Below are positions 10,124 to 22,000 of a stretch of 64,000 nt of DNA, piece by piece. Under the pieces are notes generated by a model that saw nothing but the letters and a program-made list of their open reading frames with translations, did not search any database and was not told where the DNA came from. Each line of letters starts with the position of its first letter. Within the stretch, counting starts at the first letter, position 1. The position numbers and the translations under genes were made by a program. The DNA is taken from NCBI GenBank assembly GCA_002633005.1, contig NMRA01000563.1:210104-274103 (forward strand). Reading direction: 5' to 3'. This stretch comes from Phoronis australis. Taxonomy: Eukaryota; Animalia; Phoronida.

Positions 10124-11340
10124 AACAAGAGCAACGCGGAGCGTTGAAATGCGCCCACGAATGCATCGCAAATGGTGTGCTTTTAGGGTTGTTTATTTAT
10201 GTCATTAAAATGGCCAGTAGATGGCGCAAAATACATAAAATCCGTCTGAAAACCAAAAAAAAATGTCATCATTTCTTTAAAAGAGAGCCATTCACCAACT
10301 TTAATTAAAATTCGCCGAGGAATTTCAGAGAAACAGAGGAAAACAAAAAAACGAAATTGCCACTAGGGGGCACAGTGTTCATCGGATCAGCAGAGACCGT
10401 AGAGAGGTTAGCGTCTTTGGGATCAGTCTAAAAGTAGTCATCTTCTCTTGCTAACTTCACATAAGTACACGTGCTAAATTTAATAAAGATCCACTAGGAG
10501 GCGCCACAGTAGTCGAAGTCATCAGAAAATCATCGGCAACCGTCCCCTTCATAGAAAATACATACATGCCAACTTTCACAATAATCCTTAGAGTGGTTTG
10601 GTTGACAGAGGGACGAACGCCACAAGACAGACTCAAAAACAACAAAAATGGCCACTAGGTGGCGTAAAAAACCTTGAATCAATCCGATGATGAATGGCTA
10701 GCGTCAACTCACTAATGGATGTCTATGTGCCAAATTTTATGGAAAGCTGTTGAGTACCTATGAAGATACAGCTATAAACGTAAAAAACTAAAATTGCCAC
10801 TAGGGGGCACACCGGTAGACCGAACTGTAAGAAAGTCGTGGTCGTCTGTTGTCAACTTCATATAAATACATTTGCTAAATTAAATAAAGATCCTGTAGAG
10901 CGTTTAGGAGATACTGCCATGGGCGCAAAAACAAACAAAACTGCCACTAGGAGGCGCCACAGTAGTCGAAGTCATTGGAAAATCATTGTCAACTGTATTC
11001 TAGACCATACATGCCAATTTTCACAATCATCCTTAGAGTGGTTTAGTTGTGAGAGGGGCGGACGTCAAAAAAGCGACTCGAAAATAGTAAAAATGGCCAC
11101 TAGATGGCGCAAAATCCATCGAAGCAATTCGAAAACGGAAGGATTGCGTCAACTCATTAATAGATGCCAACTATGTACCAAATTTCATGAAAATCGGTTG
11201 AAGACCTTTGAAGATACAGAGGCAAACGTAAAAAAATAAAATTGTCACTAGGAGGCACAGCGGTATTCGGGTCGGTCCGAAACTCGTCGCCCTCTCTCGT
11301 AGGCCCCATAGGAACACACCTGCCAAATTTCAGTACGATC
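10124..11340 (+). mobile_element. Helentron-associated (HINE/DINE-1-like) element, copy 1, with ~147-bp internal tandem units; 3'-truncated
   Basis: Starts aacaagagcaacgcggagcgttgaaatgc, as do 32633 and 51301; eight units, each with GCCACTAG(G/A)NGGC. Confidence 0.75.
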
Positions 11341-12052
11341 CTGCCTGGGCGCATAAAAACGATTACGAGCCCGCCGTATGGCATGGAAGTCAGTCAATTT
11401 ACCGTTACGAAATCTGGACAGTTCGTTATTGCTTGAGATCAGGCTCTACACGTTTAATTGTCACGGCGTGTCATTTTATGCTCAGAATATGGTCTCAAGT
11501 GATAATGAACTGTCAGTTTTCCAAGCACTAAACCAATTTCTCACCTGAGTCAGGAACAAGATGAGACAAAGGCTATTTTTTGGTTAATCGGGGATTTGCA
11601 TTATACCTTTAGGTGCAGATTTGAGGTAAAGGGCTCAAGTGTTACTACCAAAGGACTTCTCGACAAGTATGCAGTGTTACAAAATGTCTATAACAGGGTC
11701 TTGAAAAGCTTTCTCTCAAGTCAATGACGGCAAAATCTGGATAAAATCGAACGAAATGTACTGAACGGAAATAATTACGGACTAGTTCACCAATATTAAC
11801 AGTGGCGGTGGAAAAAGTAGGAGAGCAGATCTTGTCCGAACAAAAATTCTATGTGGACTGTTAAACATTTCTAAGTGGTATAGATCGACCAAACGTGCCA
11901 TTTTTTTGTTGCAGCTCGCTGTCAACAACAAGCGTGGTTATTGGCAGATAAGGGAACTTCGTACATTAACCCTTCTGCTACATCGCATAAAAAGGTGCAT
12001 ATTAAATACTATATTTGCTAACTTCGACATTGGCCGTTTTTGTTCCATTTAA

Positions 12053-13874
12053 AGGAGAATGCCACCCTATTTATTTTGTCTTTTTTACCGTCTTAATCGG
12101 TCTATATCCACATCGCCTCTTATACGGTCGACCTCACCTTGCCGAGAGGTGTCGCGTTAACCTGTGAGGAAGGTGAGAAACGACGCAGCGACGTCAATGG
12201 TTCGCCTGCAGACTGAGTTAATGCCGCTGTATTGCGGTGCATCGTTCCCGTTTGTCCGAACTATGAAGCTGCGAAGAAAGAGGGGGGAATGTCGTTTTTT
12301 CGACTTCCTCGAGAGGCCGAAATGCTTAGGAAGTGGCTCGCGGTAGAGAAGAATGAAAGGTACACTGTTAATAGCAAGTATGAGGCCGTGAAACATTTCC
12401 GTGTCTGTGGCCGGCATTTCGTCAACAGTGAGTCTCTGAAAAATTCCGGCTTACCAAAGAACTATCCATACTTTCCGTTGTCTGTGCATGTTCACGGCGC
12501 CTCTCTAGTAGTGTTTCTTGATCAGTGTATTCCGGTTCGAACTGATAGCCCGTGAAACCTAACGATCCGACCCGTGAAGTCATCGTTGGATGAGCTCTTG
12601 ACTAAGTCGGGATTGGCGCCGGGCGAGTTGCCATGTATTCTGCGTTCTGTTTCAAAATGAAAATTATTCTCATCCTAACCAATGCTTATATAAAACTGAA
12701 ACAAAGTCTGTCTCATTAGATACAATTTGTAATGCCTTTGCAGTATTCGTGAGAGCAAATGTTGAGAAGCCAGCAATGAATAAACGACTGTGTTACCGGC
12801 TTTTGATGCCGGCAATGAATAAAGGTAATTGACCGGGCACCGAGGCTGTGTGAGCGCATGCTAATTCAGTGTTTGCTGACAGAAAGCTGTTGCGAAACAC
12901 TTACTCGATTTTATATGCTATGGTCACATGTTAGGGGAATCTTTATTTAGAAATACAAATACATTATTCAAATCATTGTTAATGTGCAACCTTTGCCCTT
13001 ACGGTCTGTGGAAGGGGAACCCGACTTCGCGGTCGCCGACAAGTAAGTTGATTTTCAGTTTCGTGGCTAATTCACGTAAATAATTAAGTGCACATTATTT
13101 CTTTGGCTCACTATTATTAGTGTTTTAGTGGGGCGTAGGCGCACGTAGGCATTTAAACGTATCGCCTACGCACCGGCCGTACGTTCAGTGCTCAAGGTGA
13201 TACGGTGGGCTTTCGGCGCCTACTTACATCTACTTTTACCACTACAGCACTGACTATTATAGTCTTTTAGTGACTGCAGGTTTACTTTCCAACTCAAGCT
13301 GGTTTATGTTCGTGCCAATCCCGGCGGCCGCGACGGGCCTGATCGAGTTCCGAGCCACTGGCCGGGATTACAAGCGTTTTGTGTGTTTAGAACTCAAAAA
13401 AATCACAAGTCTAAACAACACAGATCTAGGTTCTCTTGTCTGTATTTCACGGAAGAATACTTGGAATTTATCTCCGAACAAACCCTAAACTCCTGCTACG
13501 GACCTTGGTAAATTGGCCTGCCGAACTTCTTCGTAGGCTTTTGTATGGTGTGTCCAAATACCAATAAATCCGTTACAGCGAAATAAAACAACCCGTTTTT
13601 ATAAGAACTCGGTGTATTTTTAAGGGTTTTACATCGACGTTTGGTGATATACTGGTGTTAAACGATGAATTCAAGCGATAAGTTGACACCAGTAACCCGT
13701 GTTGTGAACTGCTGAACAGACAGCGTGTGAAACCAATGACGTCATTGGATAATTCCAACACCCCAGTCCGTCTGCCGTCAGGTGTCAGGTAACGTAACCG
13801 AACGTTGCGTTAGCGAGTAGAACTACTCGATCTAAATTGATACAAAATAGGTATTTTTTGGGTGGCATTCTCCT
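12053..13874 (+). mobile_element. Non-autonomous Kolobok element with a THAP relic
   Basis: TTAA at 12049-12052 and 13875-13878; perfect 15-bp TIR AGGAGAATGCCACCC. Confidence 0.88.
12220..12427 (+). pseudogene. THAP-domain exon relic
   Basis: RCIVPVCPNY...SFFRLPREAEMLRKWLAV...FRVCGRHFVN followed by an A|GTGAGT donor; the nearest ATG (12220) is out of frame. Confidence 0.8.
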
Positions 13875-14430
13875 TTAATACCAACTTTCAATGAAAACTA
13901 TAGTTCAAATTCCTCAGTTAAATCACTGTGTTCTAAGAATATAGGGACTCGTTCCACATAAAATTGTTGTGTGTTTTGTATGTTCGTTACCAGCTGGCAT
14001 TTCATGTCGAATATATGCCGCACAAAATCTCTCGACTGCAGTCTATGAAAATGCAACCAACTTGTTTGAAAACATGGAACAGGAACACCAGAGGGGCGTG
14101 AAGGTTGTTTTTATTCTTCAATGTTAAATTTTTGTAAGCGGACATATGGGTTTTAAGTCCTAACATTTCCAAACTTAAACCCGGACTCGGTGACCGCTGC
14201 CATAGCCGGCTGGTCGCCAGTTCTCGATAAATGTCTCCTCCAGAATTCAACTTAATGCAATTTTTCAACTTGCTTATCATCGTGGAGCGACTCCCACTTC
14301 TTTGAAAAGGAACGTTTTCAACAAGAGACAAAAATGATAACACGGTGGGTATCTTCACGTTTAGATACAAGTTGCAAGGAAAAGATTACAGTCTGAATTC
14401 AGTTCTTCCTTGCAAACTACAGAAGGAAAT

Positions 14431-16528
14431 AGTTATATCACAAACAATAGCGTGCTTGCCGATAGTTCATAAATGATCAATTTTTAAAGTTGACGGACGT
14501 CTTCACAAAATTTTAAATCTCAACCTCCTCGTTTCCAAAAAATAGGTCTATCGCATCTGTCAAGACGTTTCTCACAATCATATCGTTAAAGTTGAACCTG
14601 AGAACCCCTTTAAAATACTTTTGAAACAGCACTGTCCATTATGGGAAACCCGGTGAAAACATGGAACCATAAATGAGATTTTAAAATCTTCGAGGACCAT
14701 GATGTATTAGCAGTTTACTTAGCGTGTATTATGTACCCGGCATTGTCTCCTCAATGATGATGATGATAATGATGACGATGATGATGATAATGGTTAACAA
14801 AATTCATGCCGTGTCACCCCGGAGGGTATTACTGCAGAAGAGGTATTTGAAAAGTGCCGCCCAGAAGGGTGTTTTTTCACAGCAAAAAGTACTCTCCAAA
14901 CTGGTGCCATTTTCCACAAAATACTATCTAAAAGGTACCAATTCTGAATTTCTGGTACAGAATTGCGAAAATGTGAACTTTTACCCAAAATTACTCTCTA
15001 AATGGGTCACTTTTTGTCGAGCCCACTCTTTTTAACTGCATTTAAAATGACTAGGTATCCAAATTTTCGGGCGGCAACCCTCGTTAAAAAGTACCCCAGT
15101 CGTTTCAGATACCGTGATTTGTTCGTGATTTTGGTCATTTATTTTGTGATATGAAGTTGGTTTTGTAAAATGTAACAACGGTACATTTCTCGCAAGTTCG
15201 TTCGACGAAAAATGTTACAATGACGTAAAATGTAACAGTTACATTTTACGAAATTGTTACATTTCACGGCGTGTCATGGCTCTTTCTCGGATTGTTTGAA
15301 TGAAATTCTGTCAAATGTGCCAGCTCGAATTTATTGATGTGTCCCTATGCACTTTCCATTGTTTTTTTTAAAATGAGTAGTTCCTTGGTATAGTCAAAAA
15401 TGTATCCAGTACAATTTCAACTCCAGACAAAAGGAATTTCCAGGATCAGGTAACAAGTTTGTTATTGTTAAAGCGTTTTTGCAAACTTTTGTTGACGCTG
15501 ACAGGTCATAAACCAATTGTGTATCGAGCATTACAGTAAACACACTTACTTTGCTAAGCACAGCAGAAACAGTGACATCCTACTTTGGCTAATATTTGTC
15601 GTATTTCTTCGGTAAAAAACGACCACACCAAAACTTTTTAGGAGAATTCAATTTCAGAAGCTAATTAAATAAAAAAATCAGTCCTATTAGTTATATCACA
15701 AACAATACCCTGCTTGCCGATAGTTAAAAAATAATCAATTTTTGAAGTTGGCGCGCGTCTAAACAAGATTTTAAAACTTAACCTCTTCGTTTCCAAAAAG
15801 TAGGTCAACTCTGCATCCGCAGCTGTCAAGACGTTTCTCACAGTATCGTTAAGGTTGAACCTATGAACATATTTAAAATTCTTTTGAAATAGCACTAGCT
15901 GCATGTCCATGATGCGAAGGCCGGTAAGCGCAGAAAACATTGAACCATAAATGAGATGATTTTACAATCTTTGCACACCATGATGTATTAGCACTTTGCT
16001 AAGCATGTATCGTGTATAGTATATTGCACTGTGTCATCGATAATAATAGTAGTAACAGTAATATTTAGCGTACTAATGATGATTAGCCAAATTCATGCGG
16101 TGTCAGCCCGGAGGGCATTCCTATAGAAGAGGTATACGAAAAGTGCTGCATAAAATGGTGTTTTTTCACAGCAAAAAAAATCCAAAATGGTACCACTTTC
16201 AACAAAATATCTAAAATGGTGACTTTCCTGAATTTGTGTAACAGAAATGTGCGAAAATGTGAAATTTTACACAAAATTACTTTAAATGGGTAACTTTTTT
16301 GTCCAAACCCAATCTCTAAATGGGTAGGTATCCAAATTTTCGGCGGAGCTCCTCATCCAAAAGTACTCGAGTACCCCCAGCCCTGTCAGATACCACTTTG
16401 TGATCTGACGTTGGTTTCATAAAATGTAACAATGGCACATTTCTCGAATGCGCATTCCACGTAAAATATAACAATGACATAAAATGTAACAGTTGTTACA
16501 CTTTTTGAAATTGCTACATTTTACGGCT
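14431..16528 (+). repeat. Diverged ~840-bp direct duplication (14431-15270 and 15689-16528)
   Basis: Colinear from agttatatcacaaacaata to aaattg(t/c)tacattt(c/t)acggc; each copy contains a CCCGGAGGG...GTACCCC MITE-like block (~14818-15099 and ~16107-16384). Confidence 0.85.
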
Positions 16529-17162
16529 ATCATCTGCTTGCATGAACGCTTTTTAGTTGTTCAAAAATCAGGAGAATATGTCAAATGATTACAATTCAGT
16601 TATAGAAACGACGATGAGAGGTGCATTTTTATTTCTTGGTAGTGGTGAACGAGGCTTCCCGAACAACACGGCTCACCGTCGTACTCATGGCTCACAGACC
16701 TGTAAACTTAACTTACTCACTCACAAACACGGCTCTCTAACAGGGGTATCATAAGCCTAGTGCGACATAAGTCCGATTTATTACTGTAACAATTCGTGAT
16801 TTATCCCAGTAATAATTCTTCAGGCAATCAAAAGCCAGGAATAATTACTGCTGCATTATTGGAGAATGCCGAAGCAGCAAATATTTACTAAATCATGTTA
16901 TGAGGAATATTGTACCAGAGTCCTTGGGGAGGACGTGTGTAGGCCTACTGATCTGATATTTCCTTCACCAGTTTAAGAAAATAACAGGGGGACAAATGAT
17001 TATTGGTGAAAAGCATAAGTGATCAAGTGGACCAACAAGAGGAGCTAAGGTGGTCAAATATGAGGGCTGATAATCAATTAGTGCCACCCCTCCCTATAGC
17101 CACATATCTACTGCTCAAAATTGCATAAGTAGAAATGCACACATGAAACCCATAAATTAGTC

Positions 17163-17168
17163 TTTATT
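17163..17168 (-). terminator. Candidate polyadenylation signal (AATAAA) of Atos, implying a ~1.76-kb 3' UTR
   Basis: tttatt on the + strand; on the minus strand it is followed by a U/GU-rich tract (tttatgggtttcatgtgtg). Confidence 0.5.
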
Positions 17169-18926
17169 AAAACAAAGTATAATGTTAACATGAGGTCCAT
17201 CAAAGATGTTTGCCTCTGGAAAGCAAACAACTGAAGACATAATAAAATAATTTGAAAATAACACTTAGTTTTAAACCCCTATTTGATATTAAAATTTCCT
17301 ACTCGTTTCTGATTGTCCTCAACCTGCAACCACAAGCTTCTAAATCTAACCCCAAATGACAACCACATGGCTTATCCATAAGCAGGGTCTTGGTTTACCA
17401 ACAGTCCGATTCCCAGTCACAGCTAATGTGTTATTGTGAATGGACCCTGCCTTTTCTATACCAAGCAAAACATTGGAACTGATGTTAAATAACTGGTCCA
17501 GGACTGTTTATCAAATTCACACTTAACCACTATCTTCCTGAACTATGTTTAATGAGCTGTGAGGAAGTTAGGACCCTAGCTAAACCGGCATACGACCTTT
17601 GATTAAACAGGCCCCAGGATCTTCCAGGACAAAAGAAAATTCCAAGTTATAGGCGCGGGTAACAATCTACAAGGACTAACTCTAAACAGAAACTACAAAA
17701 TACATGCACAGGTGTATTTTTGACTTCTGAACTATCTTTGAAATTCCATGACTTTTCAGGGTGTTTTGCTGTCAAAGATTTTTCTAATCCTAAATCAAAA
17801 TCAATGACTTTCCAGACAGACCATCACAATTTTAGGCCTTGGGCTGACTATATGTATGCACCATGAGATAAAAAACAATACTAAGTCACTAATAACATGA
17901 TAAAAATTGTAATATTTATATTTGAACATTTCCACAAATAAGCCTTACTGAGATTTAATAAATAGAAATAAATAATAATTTAAATTTCCTGGTCTACTAA
18001 CTACTGTCTACCAAGTGCATATCAAATGCGGCCTTAAAATCATAACATCAACTTTATGAGTAAAACTAATTTGCAAGGTTTTGTTAAGCCATTCCATGAA
18101 GTATTACTCTCGTCTTAAGATAATTTCCAACCTTTGAACGATGGCATATCACTCAGATTTAATCAACTTATTCTATCAACCCACAATAAAGTGAATTTTT
18201 TGAATCTTCATGATGAAACAAATGTATCTATCAATGACAAAGGGGACGCCAGCTTCTCTTAATACTGCATTCATATGGTGTCCGATCAGAAGAGAGATCA
18301 GATGTACGATCCACCATCTGAAAAAATTCCATATTATCATGTGAGCACTTGTCCTGTGATCTGCCTTCTTATTGTCCACACCCAAATAAACTAGCACCGA
18401 TGGGTTCCAAAACTTCCCCCCATTCACAGAAACGGTGGACTTTATATGTCTAGCGGTAATATTTTACAGAGTAAAAGAAGGAAACTAAAGTCTTGCCAAT
18501 TCATGCCATAACCTAACTGGGACCACATTGCAAGGCTGGCTTGTCACATTACAATTATGATATTATGCTTCAATCCCAAAAATCCCACTCGTCATTTAAC
18601 TTTCTTAAACAGGTCTGTGAGAAGAGACAAAAGAGGCCGAAGGCATCGAACAGCTATAAGTATTCAAACCTACACAACCATCCTACATCATAAAGACAAT
18701 CATCCACTGACAAGCGGGACAAACTAACACATGAAACTGATTAACCTCAGTCATTTAAGTCATTTTATAATTTGAAAACATTGTGAAAAACACCAAGAAT
18801 AAGCAGATGATCAAAATTAGCGATAAGATTTTGTGAGCACTTGCAGGTGCTCTCTAATGTGAAAAATTAAACAAAGAAATAATATGGAAAAACTTGCAAT
18901 TACCATTAACTACATTTTCAAGGTAG

Positions 18927-19083
18927 TCATCTCTTTGGTGAATATCGCGGGTTTTCTGGTCGTTCCGTAAATGAGCGCAGTTCGTACGTTGCAATTCTCG
19001 AGTCGAATTCGAACTTGTCTCGAGAGAAAATGAGACGAATGTCAGTGTGAAGGTAAATCTTGCCTGACTTTGTACTTGAATAC
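18927..19083 (-). CDS. ATOSA: Atos last coding exon (YSSTKSGKIYLHTDIRLIFSRDK...PENPRYSPKR*), Chromosome_seg domain
   Basis: ttttcatag acceptor; TGA stop at 18929-18927. Confidence 0.95.
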
Positions 19084-22000
19084 CTATGAAAAAATCAAGT
19101 TGATGTAATCAGGAAATTATACCTCCAGGTAAAGTAACTCATAAGTGATGCAAATAATTTTTTCTCAAAGGACGTACATCGGTGCAAGCATTTAACTTAA
19201 AAAAATGCAGTCATGTCACTCGTTGAAATGCAGCACCCAAAACCAAATTGACAAGGAGATGCCAAGCTTTTATAAAAAGCTATAAATACAAGTTTCACCT
19301 TAGATGAATGAGGTATCGTAGATAGGTAGGTAAGTTCATGGCCTCATGTGAACTTCTGAGGACCGGCATGTAGAAGGTGCGTTGCCGTAGAAACGTCTGA
19401 CAGTTGGGAGGCATGTCGGTGAGATCATACATGACAACAAACATCTTGACCACAGCGCCCTCGGGGTTGAACAGCGTCTGTAAAAAAGGAGGCGAGAGGT
19501 GAAAGCCAGTATCTAGTCATGACAAGAAGAGTTGCAAAGGACACTGAACATGATGAAAGTGAAAACAATAGAATGAAAAGTGTGTATTATAATGCATTAT
19601 CATGTTTTGTCATGTAAGCTCATTCAAGTCACCCTTAAACCTGAAGTATTTAATAGTACTACTGGTCATAGTAAAGAATATAATTTCCAAAAAGGAATAA
19701 AAAAACATTAACTAATTGCTTTTTCACTCTAAATGCATTTATGGTCAATCCTGACTGCAATGCAGCAATCTTCAATTACAGGGAGCTAAAATGCATTTTG
19801 GTGTCCTAAAGCAACAACTAAAACTTAAAATTTGACATTGGCAAATTAACCTGTTATCAGGCATATGATGATGGTGGTCAGAAGTTCATAACACAATATG
19901 GAGTCGATGCAATCCTAAGCACTTCCAGGACCATAAGCTGGACATGCTACTAGTCATCAAGTTGAAAACAAAGTCTTGATTTATTAAGCACGTCTAATCT
20001 TAATTCCATCAGCTTAATGTGCATGGGCATAAAACCACAAGGCATTCACCAAACAGACTTGTAGGAATTTCAACTGTTTCGACTATGGTAAAATCTCACC
20101 AATTTAGGACAAAATGAAGGACAAGTGAAATGTCATTTTCTTACTCTTTTCAAAAAATAGCTGTTTAGCATTTTCAAGTTCTGAAGTATAGCTACCATAA
20201 GACTAGTTTGAAGCTCTTGAAAAATGAAAAAGGACAATTTTGGTAAATCTGTTCATAACTGGTGAGAATATCCCATATGTGTGCTGACTACTCTGAGGGC
20301 GGTCTATTAAGACATATTTGTGCTATGTGGTTTATGATGAATAAATACCGCACTTTAAAAATCAATGGCATTCTCTTTTTGTTGTTCAAATCACCATTGT
20401 TCAATCTCTAGAAACCCACCGATGAAGTCACATTTACACGTTTTTTATTACCAAACACCTGGGGACCATTCTATAATCCACAATACTTGAAAGTTGAAGA
20501 TAAGTGAGATCAAGGACTTAGCTTGTAATGCCTGCCAAACTTGCAAGAATCTAATAGTATAAGCCTTGTGGAAAGCACCTCTGAGCTTCATTTATGGGTT
20601 TTCCAAATCCTAGATGTATGATCACAGAAATGCCTTGCCAAGTGCATGAAATGCCTAAGTCTATTTTTAGCTATGTAATCATTTCTTTAATCCCAAGATA
20701 TTAATTTTTGACACCACACCAGGAAGATACTGAAAAGTAATAAATTTTCAATGAACAGATACATTGCATCAATAAGTTCTTTTAAGTTGGTGTTTCCAGG
20801 GTAGCACTTGGAATATAAGTTGAAGAACTGCAACCAGTGGTGACCAGAGTACAGAAATTCTCCACTTAATTCGCACAAAACAAATGTATTTTTCGATTGG
20901 CAGGTTGTGTGAAATAAACTGAATTTGTGGTTGACTGGTGTTCGATATTAACTGAATAACCAAACACCATCATGTGCACGTGGGCAAATTTAACAAAATT
21001 CCACCTATGTGTTGCCATCATGATTCAGTTAACAGTAATTAAATTACTCATCCTCTTCCAATATAAGAGTACTTTAATAGCGGAGTTGCAACCGAATCGA
21101 TTTAACGATTGCGCATGTCCGGAAATTAGGGTGCGCAAAGGCTATTGGGATTGATTAGGGTATATGGAATGGCCGATTGGTTTGCACGAAGTGTGATTTG
21201 TATGTATTAAACTACGCTGCTGTATGTAATTCTGCCGCTATTCGCCATAATGAGCACCCATACCCCAAAAAGTGTCCCAACGCGTTTTCAGACTTTGCTA
21301 AAGTAAGCGCCCAGCACATGAACTACATGCGAAAAATGCCTTACCAACAGTTCTAAAGTCTACAATTTGAAAATTGAAAGATCCGACAGTCCTGAATTTG
21401 TAGACCACGAGCCTCACCGTTATGTCCGTATACACTTCAAACTTACGCCGCGATGCAAAAAGAACGCAAAAGTTTTGCTGCTCTTGCGAGGGATTTGCCC
21501 CACTACGCGGGTCTGGACTTTGAAAACAGACGCAGCGTACTTCCGGTACAGATCTTCACCGGCCTCAACAGGAATCCAAACTTCTTTGTACACGTGAAAA
21601 CCGTGAATCGAAGACTAATAAAAAAACTCGACCAGTGTTAGCACACGGCCAAGAAGCGCGCGCTGCATAATGTACCGGCTGTCATCGAAGACATTTAGTA
21701 GGGAACTATCTATTCATGAAACGGGTAACATAGCATCGGCAAGAAATAAATACTGGCACTAATTTCCGAAAGTTTCTAATACCATAAAAAACTTTTGCAT
21801 TATTTTTAAGATAAATTATTTAACTAATCATAATTGGTGTTTTTAAAGTCAAAATGACCCACTGATAGTGAACACATTCGCACCCTTACACCCCAAATCT
21901 TCCTGAAAATAGCTGTTACACTACGGTCACGCATCCACTCACCCGGCGACTCAATGAGTGACATATCGGTCTTACTGAAACAATTCTCGAACGTTTTTTA

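Noticed and set aside
10838-11436. Several 60-130-aa ORFs in the GCCACTAG repeat region (also near 33429 and 51423)
   Set aside because: Chance ORFs in non-coding tandem units; frames are not conserved between copies.
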